Virus record (IMG/VR): IMGVR_UViG_3300010429_001449
Origin: a virus
Lineage: Duplodnaviria > Caudoviricetes
Strand: one strand, 5' to 3'
DNA: 64,000 nt
Below, piece by piece: positions 9,233 through 17,561 of the stretch (within the stretch, counting starts at the first letter, position 1; the number at the start of each line of letters is the position of its first letter). The position numbers and the translations under genes were made by a program. The notes under the pieces are model-generated. The model was not told where the DNA came from, searched no databases, and saw only the letters and a program-made list of their open reading frames with translations.

Positions 9233-9793
9233 TTATTCTTCGCGTAGAGGCGGAATATCGTGGGACGCGCTCATCTTGGGAATCAGTTTCTTTGTTCCCA
9301 AGCGGACCTCAAACTGCGCGGCGAAAGGCGGATAGTCATGGTGTTTGTGGAAGAACGCGAGAAGGGGAAGGACGTGATCGACCAAACAGGGGTGTTTCGT
9401 GACTTGGACGTGTCTCGTGACGTAAAGAATTTCGGGAAGAAGCTGTGTGCTAACTAGGGTGTGGCACATCGCCTCGTCTTGACCGTAGTACGTCGCGCCG
9501 AGCACACGAACGCTGCGGAGAACGTACTGCGCCAGGGACAGGCGCAGATTGATATGCGAGATTGATGCGTGTTGCGGCATCTCCGCCGTCAGTTGGGCGG
9601 CGGCCAACATTTGTTGACAAACCTCGTTGACCACCTCATCGAGTAGCGGTTCCTCATACAACCAATGGACGAGCACGTTTCTGGCCGCCCGAGCGTCTGC
9701 GGGCAACAAAGATAATGCTGCCGCCGCTGCCGCATTAACGCCGGTCATAACGTCGCTGAGAGGCAATAAAGGCGACTGTTCGCTCTTTTTCAT
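9233..9793 (-). CDS. Hypothetical protein, paralog of 9955-10521
   Basis: Shared C-terminal LL.(F/Y)F.KH....PF.A motif; start trimmed off the tRNA overlap. Confidence 0.6.
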   Translation of the reverse strand: MKKSEQSPLLPLSDVMTGVNAAAAAALSLLPADARAARNVLVHWLYEEPLLDEVVNEVCQQMLAAAQLTAEMPQHASISHINLRLSLAQYVLRSVRVLGATYYGQDEAMCHTLVSTQLLPEILYVTRHVQVTKHPCLVDHVLPLLAFFHKHHDYPPFAAQFEVRLGTKKLIPKMSASHDIPPLREE

Positions 9794-9850
9794 GTCCTCG
9801 TCCTTTCGCCCACTCAGCATAGCACAAACAACAACCACGTCCAACAAAGA

Positions 9851-9938
9851 TGGAGCCGCCGGAGGGAGTTGAACCCTCAATGTGTCGTTAAACACGCCGA
9901 CTTACAAGGCCGGTGCTCTGCCCTTGAGCGACGGCGGC
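9851..9938 (-). tRNA. tRNA-Thr(TGT) with long variable arm
   Basis: CCGGC-CTTGTAA-GTCGG, extra GTGT..ACAC hairpin, CCA. Confidence 0.9.
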
Positions 9939-9954
9939 TGAATCAAAAGACTTG

Positions 9955-10521
9955 TCAACCCTGTCCACCCCGCTTTTTATCCAATTCAGCAACAAACGGA
10001 GAGTGGTTGCGGTGTTTCCAGAAGTAGACCAGCAGAGCAGACAGCTTTTCCGCAGGATAACCGTAACGACTTGCTCTGGCCACGATCCAATCAACTTCCA
10101 ACATACGAGACAACAACCCAAGAGCGCAGCAAAGAAGGTGTTGTTGCATTGCTTGTTGCTCAATCGAAGACATTGAATCGCCGGACCACAAGAACTGTCT
10201 ATGATATTTCACGGCAAGGAGTGCTGTGTGAATGAAATTCTCAACGAGAACTGTGTACGTATCGTTGGCGTAATTCGCGGCAGCATCCTTCACGCATCTA
10301 CGCTGATACAAAGCCGCCTCCACTACAGCCAACGGCAGACTCTCGGTTGTGTGGCCGCCCCGCAAGACATAAACTGCAAGCACGTCTGGATTATCCGTGT
10401 CTTGCAGAGAAGACCTGTTCGCAGCGAAAAGGAACGAGAGCGCGGCGCACTCCAACAGGCGCACGCCGTCATCGATTTCCTTCTCTGACAACAACACCTG
10501 GTTTAGTACCGAGTCGGCCAT
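9955..10521 (-). CDS. Hypothetical protein, paralog of 9233-9793
   Basis: MADSVLN start after GAGG; shared C-terminal motif. Confidence 0.6.
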   Translation of the reverse strand: MADSVLNQVLLSEKEIDDGVRLLECAALSFLFAANRSSLQDTDNPDVLAVYVLRGGHTTESLPLAVVEAALYQRRCVKDAAANYANDTYTVLVENFIHTALLAVKYHRQFLWSGDSMSSIEQQAMQQHLLCCALGLLSRMLEVDWIVARASRYGYPAEKLSALLVYFWKHRNHSPFVAELDKKRGGQG

Positions 10522-10538
10522 AAAAACCTCATGCGAAG

Positions 10539-10614
10539 TGGAGCCGCCGGTGGGAATTGCACCCACAACCTCCGCTTTACGAAAGCGGCGCACAGCTATT
10601 CGTGCTTCGGCGGC
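10539..10614 (-). tRNA. tRNA-Thr(CGT)
   Basis: CCGCT-TTCGTAA-AGCGG; T-loop TGCAATT; CCA. Confidence 0.85.
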
Positions 10615-10624
10615 TTTGATGTTG

Positions 10625-10713
10625 TGGCGGAAGGGGAGGGAGTCGAACCCTCAAAACCTTATTCAGGTTCGCCGATTTTCAAGACCGGTCGCGTACCGTT
10701 GGCGCACCCTTCC
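10625..10713 (-). tRNA. tRNA-Ser(TGA)
   Basis: CCGGT-CTTGAAA-ATCGG, long variable arm, GCCA. Confidence 0.9.
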
Positions 10714-11029
10714 GTTTTTGGCTCTCAACCAAGACCCCGCGCCTGCGGGCTTCCTCGATCACCGACCGGGCGCACTTTTGATTGAACGCCTCGTTCGGAT
10801 GCTCTATGTGTCCGTAGTGGCGCAGGTAATCCTTTGCTCCGGCAATCGTCCACGTCGTGTACATCGTACTGAGAACGCGCACGCCGCGCAACCGCGCCTC
10901 GTCAACAGTACTGATTACGTCTCCGGCGTGCGGCTGGCCTCGCTCGAAAAGCAAGAATTCGAGATTGTCGGGATGCTGCTTTCGCAATTTCTTGTCCGAC
11001 CGACCTACTTTTCTTCCTGCCTTGGCCAT
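10679..11029 (-). CDS. Hypothetical protein (3' end overlaps tRNA-Ser)
   Basis: MAKAGRK ORF filling the gap between two tRNAs. Confidence 0.45.
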   Translation of the reverse strand: MAKAGRKVGRSDKKLRKQHPDNLEFLLFERGQPHAGDVISTVDEARLRGVRVLSTMYTTWTIAGAKDYLRHYGHIEHPNEAFNQKCARSVIEEARRRGVLVESQKRKGAPTVRDRS

Positions 11030-11048
11030 CAACCACGCCTTTCGTAGA

Positions 11049-11134
11049 TGGTGGGCACGGGGAGATTTGAACTCCCACCCGGTTTCCCGGACCAGACTCT
11101 CATCCTGGCGCGTATGCCATTTCGCCACGTGCCC
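11049..11134 (-). tRNA. tRNA-Leu(GAG)
   Basis: CCAGG-ATGAGAG-TCTGG, long variable arm, ACCA. Confidence 0.92.
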
Positions 11135-11138
11135 GTAT

Positions 11139-11223
11139 TGGTGGGCGAGGGGAGAGTTGAACTCCCACGGTCGTAGACCACTGCGTCCTAAGCGCAGCGC
11201 GGCTGCCTTTACGCCACTCGCCC
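11139..11223 (-). tRNA. tRNA-Leu(TAG)
   Basis: CTGCG-CTTAGGA-CGCAG, ACCA. Confidence 0.95.
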
Positions 11224-11233
11224 AAGAAAAGTC

Positions 11234-11375
11234 GAACGACTGGCCAACGTTTTTCCGCTCTCGCCGACACAGTCCCTTCCTTGCAAGTCAGGACTGCCGG
11301 AATCCTTGCGACCTTTAGGCCCTACGGTGCGTGTCGCTCGCCCGTCCGCTTGCCCAAGATTCACCGCAGCCGTTC
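11234..11375 (-). ncRNA. Candidate structured ncRNA (copy A), unassigned
   Basis: Starts just after a promoter; closing stem GAACGGCTG/CAGTCGTTC; inner stems CGACAC/GTGTCG and CAGTCC/GGACTG. Confidence 0.5.
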
Positions 11376-11382
11376 TAAACCT

Positions 11383-11410
11383 AGTATAACAGCGATACGT
11401 AAAATGTCAA
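11383..11410 (-). promoter_or_regulatory. Promoter TTGACA-N16-TATACT
   Basis: Motif family copy upstream of the ncRNA/tRNA run. Confidence 0.8.
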
Positions 11411-11423
11411 GACACTTTTTCAA

Positions 11424-11455
11424 GTTTCAACCCACGCGCCCGTACGGGACGTGAC
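11424..11455 (-). CRISPR. Solitary type I-C-like CRISPR repeat (no array)
   Basis: 32-nt GTCACGTCCCGTACGGGCGCGTGGGTTGAAAC with hairpin and GAAAC end, matching I-C repeat architecture. Confidence 0.7.
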
Positions 11456-11475
11456 ATCCCGCGCCGCCAAACGTG

Positions 11476-12252
11476 TCAAAAAACGCCGCGTACTTGGCAG
11501 TACGGATAGATTTTCTTGAGGTCAGGCAGCCACTCCAATAGAAGGGCGAGGGGCGTCGGCGGCTGCAAGTTCATTGATTCGGTGAGGCAGTCGCCCGGTC
11601 GAAACGGTTGCAAAACCCACGGGGCGGTTGCGCGTATGTCTGCGAGGTAATGAGCAATGTTCTTCAAAGTACGTTTGCTATGAATGCGGTACGGACCGTC
11701 GGGATGATAGATGACTGTGGTACGAAGCTCTACGTCCTTCGCGTGTTCGAGTATCCGCGTCAACGACTTGCGAACGCACTGACTCACTCTGATACTGGAC
11801 GGCGCACCGACAAGCTTGTCGTAGCCGTCCTCCGGCTCGAAGCTCGTTTTGATATCGAGCGCTACGGAGTCTACCAGCTTGTCAGCCACGAGAGCGCCGA
11901 GCAGCCCGGCGTTTACGCCGTTGGTGGCCACGCGGATTTCCTTGCCCAGTTCTCTGAGTTTACGGCAGAACTTGCCGATATCCTGCCGCAGAGTCGGCTC
12001 GCCGCCGGTAATAACGATGCCGTTCGTCCATGTGTTCTTGCTGAGTTCCTCAAAGAGAAGGTCATGCGGAATAGCCTCCTCATTGATTTCGGCGGCAGTC
12101 TTATTCACAAGCTCCGCCGAATGGCAGAACGAACAACGAAGATTGCAGCCTCCGACGAATACGACGCTCGACAACCGCCCTGGCCACTCGCTAAGGTCGG
12201 AAGGGATGCAACCTACCACCGGAAAATGACAGTCTTGTTGTTCGTTGTCCAT
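11476..12252 (-). CDS. nrdG: Anaerobic ribonucleotide reductase activating radical SAM protein
   Basis: EWPGRLSSVVFVGGCNLRCSFCH; ITGGEPT; ELRTTV; LQPFRPG. Confidence 0.8.
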   Translation of the reverse strand: MDNEQQDCHFPVVGCIPSDLSEWPGRLSSVVFVGGCNLRCSFCHSAELVNKTAAEINEEAIPHDLLFEELSKNTWTNGIVITGGEPTLRQDIGKFCRKLRELGKEIRVATNGVNAGLLGALVADKLVDSVALDIKTSFEPEDGYDKLVGAPSSIRVSQCVRKSLTRILEHAKDVELRTTVIYHPDGPYRIHSKRTLKNIAHYLADIRATAPWVLQPFRPGDCLTESMNLQPPTPLALLLEWLPDLKKIYPYCQVRGVF

Positions 12253-12275
12253 GAGAACTCCTGAGAAAACGACTG

Positions 12276-12851
12276 CTATCTAGTTTGCCGCAACAGAGAA
12301 CCACAATTAGGACAAAGCAAATCATCTCCCACCACGCGCCAACCCGCGTCATAAGCGTGTCGAGCGCAGCGCAGGATCGCCTGCTGCGAATCAGCCATAG
12401 GCAGATAGGGATACGTAGTCGGCCACTTACTACCTATGTGCTGTGTGCGGCGAGAACAAATCGCGTGAACAACGCCTAGTTTATCGTACTGCTCTGTCAT
12501 ACTAGGCTTTTTGACTAACTTCAGCTTGGCGGCAATCGCCTGCACCTGTAAGCTGTACGCTGTCCAAGCCTCATCCTGTCCACGCTGATCGGCTTCAGCA
12601 CACCCCCAATAGAATAACGCCGCAGACTTGGCGTCTTTCAGATCGGGCAGACAACTATGAGCGATTCTTCCACTAAGCGCGTCCCGAACGTACCACATCT
12701 TCACTGCATAATATTCGGGAGAACTTCTTCTCGTATAGGAATGTACTGTTGCCAAGACCGTCTTTACCCCGGATTCTTTTGTCCAAACGCACAACATCCA
12801 AATGCCGTCGCTGCCGCGAATCCACTTAACGGGAACTTTTACGTGGAACAT
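12276..12851 (-). CDS. Hypothetical protein
   Basis: 191-aa ORF with AGGAG SD. Confidence 0.55.
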   Translation of the reverse strand: MFHVKVPVKWIRGSDGIWMLCVWTKESGVKTVLATVHSYTRRSSPEYYAVKMWYVRDALSGRIAHSCLPDLKDAKSAALFYWGCAEADQRGQDEAWTAYSLQVQAIAAKLKLVKKPSMTEQYDKLGVVHAICSRRTQHIGSKWPTTYPYLPMADSQQAILRCARHAYDAGWRVVGDDLLCPNCGSLLRQTR

Positions 12852-12869
12852 ACCGTGTCTCCTAAAAAG

Positions 12870-12946
12870 TGGCTGGCCTCTCAGGGATCGAACCTGAAAC
12901 CTCCGCGTTCAAAGCGCGGCGCTCTTTCCTGTTGAGCTAGAGGCCA
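12870..12946 (-). tRNA. tRNA-Gln(TTG)
   Basis: CCGCG-CTTTGAA-CGCGG; U1-A72; GCCA. Confidence 0.93.
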
Positions 12947-12947
12947 G

Positions 12948-13021
12948 TGGCTGGCGCTGGAAGAGTTGAACTTCCACGGTCCGGGTCAGAGCCGGATGCC
13001 CTACCGTTAGGCGAAGCGCCA
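12948..13021 (-). tRNA. tRNA-Gln(CTG)
   Basis: TCCGG-CTCTGAC-CCGGA; GCCA. Confidence 0.93.
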
Positions 13022-13027
13022 GTAGCA

Positions 13028-13447
13028 TTACAAAACACGACCTGCGTCATCAGAAAATCCTGCCAGAGCGAAGATCGCGGCGACAGCAATGTCGGCTAAC
13101 TCGCCACGAAACGCATGAATGTCATTCTCGCGCAGGGCGTCTTCCAATTCCAACACTTCCTCTTTGAGGACGCCGTAAGCCTCGTGGGGGCTAACAAAAC
13201 GTCCGTAGCCCTTCCGACTTAGCTGCTCCGCCAATTTTACGCACACGAGCGCCTTGGCCCGTTCCAAGTCCTTTTCCGGCACGTCCCGTCGCGTTTCTCT
13301 GTACTGGACAGTCTCGCCGAAACACTCGATGCACAAGTAAGCCCCGCAGGGCGTCAAAGCACAACGCGCTTTCTGCGAAGGTTTGCCGCAGCGCGGACAA
13401 ACCAGCGGATTCAAGCTGCCGCCGCTACCACAATCAGGGTCTGGCAT
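13028..13447 (-). CDS. Zn-finger plus MazG-like domain protein
   Basis: SPHEAYGVLKEEVLELEDAL...GELADIAVAA resembles all-alpha NTP pyrophosphatases. Confidence 0.55.
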   Translation of the reverse strand: MPDPDCGSGGSLNPLVCPRCGKPSQKARCALTPCGAYLCIECFGETVQYRETRRDVPEKDLERAKALVCVKLAEQLSRKGYGRFVSPHEAYGVLKEEVLELEDALRENDIHAFRGELADIAVAAIFALAGFSDDAGRVL

Positions 13448-13699
13448 TGAGCTTCATCTCCATTGTGTAAACGTCCTTCGGCTCGGACAGAACACCAGGC
13501 CACGAACCGTCTATCTCGGCCTGAACAACGTTCGCGTCAAGCCCCACATTGGCAGCGGCGTCGTACAATTCGCTGTCGCCGCTTTTTGCAGCCCGCTCCG
13601 CTAGAAACGAACACAGCCCCGCCAAAGCGTCAGCGAGCGCCTTCTGGCGGCGCAAGAGTCGTTCAAACTGAGTGGGCGACATGCCTATTCCTCGGAAAG

Positions 13700-13774
13700 T
13701 GGTACCCCCGGTGGGAGTCGGACCCACACCCTACCGGTTAAGAGCCGGTTGCTCTGCCTTCGAGCTACGGGGGC
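13700..13774 (-). tRNA. tRNA-Lys(CTT)
   Basis: ACCGG-CTCTTAA-CCGGT; T-loop TCCGACT; ACCA. Confidence 0.92.
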
Positions 13775-13789
13775 ACATGACCTACTGTT

Positions 13790-13817
13790 ATTATAACAGA
13801 CACCCCGCCAATGTCAA
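13790..13817 (-). promoter_or_regulatory. Promoter TTGACA-N16-TATAAT
   Basis: Motif family copy. Confidence 0.8.
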
Positions 13818-13834
13818 GGGTTTTTCTTTGAAAG

Positions 13835-13910
13835 TGGTGGGCGCGGAGGGAGTCGGACCCTCAATTGTCTCGGTTAAAAGCCGAGTACCCTACCGTTGGG
13901 TGACGCGCCC
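13835..13910 (-). tRNA. tRNA-Lys(TTT)
   Basis: CTCGG-CTTTTAA-CCGAG; ACCA. Confidence 0.92.
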
Positions 13911-13917
13911 AAGAAAG

Positions 13918-13993
13918 TGGTGGCTGGTAACGGAGTCGAACCGTTCCCTCTCGGTTTTCAGCCGAGCGCTCGTACCGACTAAGCTAACCAGCC
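13918..13993 (-). tRNA. tRNA-Phe(GAA)
   Basis: CTCGG-CTGAAAA-CCGAG; ACCA. Confidence 0.93.
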
Positions 13994-14006
13994 GTTGCAA
14001 TCGAAG

Positions 14007-14083
14007 TGGTCGACTCGCCGAGATTTGAACTCGGAGCCTGCTGCTCCGGAGGCAGCCGCTCTATCCAGTTGAGCTACGAGTCG
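14007..14083 (-). tRNA. tRNA-Arg(CCG)
   Basis: GCTGC-CTCCGGA-GCAGC; ACCA. Confidence 0.93.
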
Positions 14084-14115
14084 GCAAAGCTATTCTGTGC
14101 CGGATTATCAAAAGG

Positions 14116-14193
14116 TGGCGATCCCGAGAGGATTTGAACCTCCACTTGTCCTGATCCGTAGTCAGGTGCCATTTCCAGTTAGGCGACGGGATC
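14116..14193 (-). tRNA. tRNA-Arg(ACG)
   Basis: CCTGA-CTACGGA-TCAGG; GCCA. Confidence 0.93.
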
Positions 14194-14474
14194 GTTGTTG
14201 TTCTGTGCGTCTTTCTTGACGCCGTTCGTAAAAACAGCCCGATGGCAGGCGTCGCAAAGCCGTTTGTTGAGCCAGGGAGCTATTGTCGCCTCATCATCTT
14301 CGCCGACGCGCATCGTGAGAACTTGAACGAAAGACGATGTCGTTTGGCCGCAGCGTTCACAACGCGGACTCGGAGCGGTCGTAGTTACGTCTTGAGTCAT
14401 GTGTCTGCTCCACAAAAAGAGCCGCCCAACGCGGCTGCTCTTTCATACAGCATACACAAATCGGGCGATGATGA

Positions 14475-15173
14475 CTACGCTTTTGGCTCAAGCTCTTTCG
14501 CGCAGATCAGGTTGCCGGAGGCGCTGAACAACGCCTCGAAGCGACGCCCCGACGGGGTGTGGCGCACTCGAATCGTGCGACATTCCGCTCGGTCTGTTGA
14601 ATCTTCCTCAACAACGCAGTCGAGATCGGCGACATTATCGACAAGATCGGCGTGTTTGGACACGAAACCTTCCATCTCCTTCGCCAGCGCGTACAATGCC
14701 GCGTCGATGTTCTTGGCTGCTTCCGCCTGTTCCTGCTCCTTCTTCGCCGTCTCAGCGATCTGAACTTCCGTCGCCTTTAGCATTCGCTGGAGAATTTCTA
14801 TGACTTTCTGCGGCGATCCTTCCCCGTCACTGTATGTTTCTCCGCACGAAGTCCCGGAATCATTCTCGCCGATCAGGACGTGCTGACTGTCAACGTCAAA
14901 GGATTGTTCGACGCCTCCGTCGGGGCCGACCACTAAGCCAACCAACAACAGCCGCCGCGATACGGTGTTTCTTGTTCTTTGCACGTCCAGCAAGTTGGCC
15001 ACTCGGAGCTTTAGCACCATCTGTGCCGTTCTCTCTCCCACGTGCGACCCCATACTGATCGCCTTTTCCTTGGACAAATCCACGTCCTTCCTAAGAGCGC
15101 CAATCGCCGCGAGACGACCAAAGACACTCTGCAACTCATCCGCGCCCTTCTCGTTTTCCGCATTCCCGGTCAT
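14475..15173 (-). CDS. Hypothetical coiled-coil protein
   Basis: MTGNAEN start after AAAGGAGG. Confidence 0.6.
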   Translation of the reverse strand: MTGNAENEKGADELQSVFGRLAAIGALRKDVDLSKEKAISMGSHVGERTAQMVLKLRVANLLDVQRTRNTVSRRLLLVGLVVGPDGGVEQSFDVDSQHVLIGENDSGTSCGETYSDGEGSPQKVIEILQRMLKATEVQIAETAKKEQEQAEAAKNIDAALYALAKEMEGFVSKHADLVDNVADLDCVVEEDSTDRAECRTIRVRHTPSGRRFEALFSASGNLICAKELEPKA

Positions 15174-15484
15174 AACAACCTCCTTTAGTGTTGAACCCGA
15201 CGGCCCTTTGGCCATCTCCTACAAAATGTAACGGCTGCCCGTAAACACACCAGTGTTGCAGGCAGCGACCCGAGCTATTCACTGGGTAGGCGCAACTGAC
15301 CACGCCTGCCTCTTTCTCCTTCTTCGTGGGTTTCTTGACGTACTGATCGCACATGTCAGCGCAAAGCGACCGGGCTTTCACAACCCAGAAACCGCGCTCG
15401 TTCAACTCTCTGATGGCCGCCCGCAACTTCGGCGTTAATGTGTACGGCCTGCGTGATTTCATGCCGGAACCTCACGAAGGAAAG

Positions 15485-15558
15485 TGGCAGGGCCGTGGAG
15501 ACTCGAACTCCAGACAACCTGTTTTGGAGACAGGTGCGCTATCCCGTAGCCCGGCCCT
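15485..15558 (-). tRNA. tRNA-Trp(CCA)
   Basis: CCTGT-CTCCAAA-ACAGG; atypical D arm; GCCA. Confidence 0.85.
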
Positions 15559-15575
15559 GCATCTTCCACACACTT

Positions 15576-15603
15576 AGTATAACAGCGTCGCCAAGATTGT
15601 CAA
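15576..15603 (-). promoter_or_regulatory. Promoter TTGACA-N16-TATACT
   Basis: Motif family copy. Confidence 0.8.
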
Positions 15604-15616
15604 GCGGTTTTTTGCC

Positions 15617-16165
15617 CTACGAGCAAAAGACAGCGGCGGCGACAACCGTTGTCCAGACTCCTCTTTTATCGCCTTCTGCCGTCTGGCAGATGTTGCGCGT
15701 GCGAACAATCTTGCCGCTCATACGATAGACTTCCTTGCGCTCGTCGTAGTTCTTGGTGGAGTCGAATTCGATACCTAGGGTCGTCGCCAACATCGTAGCA
15801 GCAAGGTCTTCGGCATAATCGCCCGCCTTATCCTCGTTCTCGCCGAAGGAGTGATGTTCGCTCAAGTAGCCGTACTGTTCGCCTTCTGCCGGAACGGCCA
15901 GTCCGATTGCCGAGGCGATCATACGGTGCGGTTCGTTCGTTGCAGTGTCGGCCATCACGCAGAATACAATCTGGCCGGGAGCCATGCCTTTCAAGCCTTC
16001 GGTCGGCGAGACTATCTTGCAGCCTGGCGGAAAGATGCTGGAAACGCGCACAAGATTGAATGCGGCGATGCCAGCCTTGCGCAGCGCCAACTCGAACGAT
16101 TGAAGCTTGTCCTTATGTCGTCCAACGCCCTTCGTAAAGAAGACGCGAGCGGGGATGTGCGTCAT
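15617..16165 (-). CDS. pdaD: Pyruvoyl-dependent arginine decarboxylase
   Basis: FFTKGVG...[23 protein letters not shown] (SS cleavage site); YGYLSEHH; [10 protein letters not shown]. Confidence 0.92.
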   Translation of the reverse strand: MTHIPARVFFTKGVGRHKDKLQSFELALRKAGIAAFNLVRVSSIFPPGCKIVSPTEGLKGMAPGQIVFCVMADTATNEPHRMIASAIGLAVPAEGEQYGYLSEHHSFGENEDKAGDYAEDLAATMLATTLGIEFDSTKNYDERKEVYRMSGKIVRTRNICQTAEGDKRGVWTTVVAAAVFCS

Positions 16166-16177
16166 GCGCGTTCTCCT

Positions 16178-16372
16178 GTCATTTCGGTTTTACAGGGGCT
16201 ATGAGGTGCGCGAAGCGTTCGCGGTTAGCCAGAACGAATGCGGGCCACGTTGAATGCTGTGTGTCACAGGCGCTTCCACGAGCACGAACTTGTCCACAAC
16301 GGGATCGAGTTCGTTCAAACGTATCTCCAGAACGTCTAGTTCGTCGAAGAATGGGAAGCAGTCGTAGATCAT
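16178..16372 (-). pseudogene. Truncated, frameshifted glycosyltransferase family 17-like remnant
   Basis: MIYDCFPFFDELDVLEIRLNELDPVVDKFVLVEA.THS, then ANRERFAHL continues in another frame and stops. Confidence 0.6.
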
Positions 16373-16701
16373 CGCGCTGTTCCTTGAACGCGATGGTGAG
16401 GAACGTCCGCCAAACAACGCTCCATGAAGGAGTCGTCGCAAGCAGTGCAGAGGCCGAAACTACGTTCCTTTACGACAATTTTAGCGGTGCTTGGCTCCCC
16501 GCAACGAAAACAATGCTGCGCCAAATCCGCCTCAGATAAATCCGTCTGCGAGGGAAAACCCGCAGCCAAACCGCATCCGTCGATCCCACAAATGAATTCG
16601 CGCCGCGTTGCTGCCTCTTTGAGATGGGCGCATTCAGTACACACCCAGACAGCTACGTTCACAAACTTCCCGACCTTAAGTGTTGGCATTGGATTGGGCA
16701 T
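16369..16701 (-). CDS. Small Cys-rich hypothetical protein
   Basis: Several CxxC pairs. Confidence 0.5.
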   Translation of the reverse strand: MPNPMPTLKVGKFVNVAVWVCTECAHLKEAATRREFICGIDGCGLAAGFPSQTDLSEADLAQHCFRCGEPSTAKIVVKERSFGLCTACDDSFMERCLADVPHHRVQGTAR

Positions 16702-16906
16702 GTGCTACTCCTTCTCCTGCTCTTCCGGAGCCTTCGCGTCCTCGCAAGGGTACGGCGGCGTCTTCGCTTCTTCAAGCGATTTGTACGGACACATAAGGGC
16801 GCGGCCTATGTGCGCCGCGCACGTCCACGTTTCGGGCGTGTCTTCTTTCAGCTTTAGCTGCCAATCACAGAAACGCGCAAGACACACGACGAACGCTCCT
16901 CAAAAG

Positions 16907-16981
16907 TGGCTCCCCAGGGAGGACTCGAACCTCCAACCGTGCCCTTAACAGGGGCCTGTTCTTCCGTTGAACTACCGGGGA
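16907..16981 (-). tRNA. tRNA-Asn(GTT)
   Basis: GCCC-CTGTTAA-GGGC; U1-A72; GCCA. Confidence 0.92.
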
Positions 16982-17400
16982 GTAAAAACCGTTTGCCAAA
17001 CACGAACTACTTCTGTTGCGCCAATCGGAGAGCGACTCATACGCGCCTTACCCATACACTTGCGCGAGCAGAAATTCCTCGTCATGCCGCCGCGCAAGAG
17101 AGTGTTAGCCCACCGGCGGCTGAACTCATGCCCGCACACAGGGCACACCATCTCAACCATTTTGCGTCCGTGCTCCCTGTTGTGCTGCGCCGTATGTGCT
17201 CCGCGCTTCAACAGTTCCAGATTCTCTAGTCTGTTGTCGCGTCGATTGCCGTTCTTGTGGTGAATCGTCTCGTCATCTCCCGGCAGCACTCCGTGGGCAC
17301 GCCAGAAGACTAGATGATGCTCATAGCAGTAACGCCCGCGATATCTTTTGCCGGGATAATCGTCGGGGGCTAGGACGAGTTCGTAGGGACCGTTTCGCAT
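16972..17400 (-). CDS. HNH homing endonuclease
   Basis: YEHHLV...IHHKNGNRRDNRLENLEL; C-terminal CPVC...FCSRKC. Confidence 0.85.
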   Translation of the reverse strand: MRNGPYELVLAPDDYPGKRYRGRYCYEHHLVFWRAHGVLPGDDETIHHKNGNRRDNRLENLELLKRGAHTAQHNREHGRKMVEMVCPVCGHEFSRRWANTLLRGGMTRNFCSRKCMGKARMSRSPIGATEVVRVWQTVFTPR

Positions 17401-17533
17401 GACGGACTCCGAAAAAACAGGCGCAGACGGTTCAATGCCCCAACAGAAGTTGAAGTTACCGGACCTCGCGGCGTCGGTCGTCTGCGCTTGTTGATCGAAG
17501 GTCAAGATTCTGCTAAGACATTGAACAGGAGTC

Positions 17534-17561
17534 ATTGTAGCACAGTTTCACAGAGAGTCAA
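17534..17561 (-). promoter_or_regulatory. Variant promoter TTGACT-N16-TACAAT
   Basis: Same spacing as the motif family; intergenic. Confidence 0.55.

Noticed and set aside
9952-9958. Additional promoter at TTGACA upstream of tRNA-Thr(TGT)
   Set aside because: There is no -10 element at the family spacing; that position falls inside the tRNA.
10625-10713. Selenocysteine or suppressor tRNA
   Set aside because: The anticodon is TGA (reads UCA, Ser), not TCA. No CTA, TTA or TCA anticodon was found, and genes tile normally with standard stops, so there is no sign of recoding.
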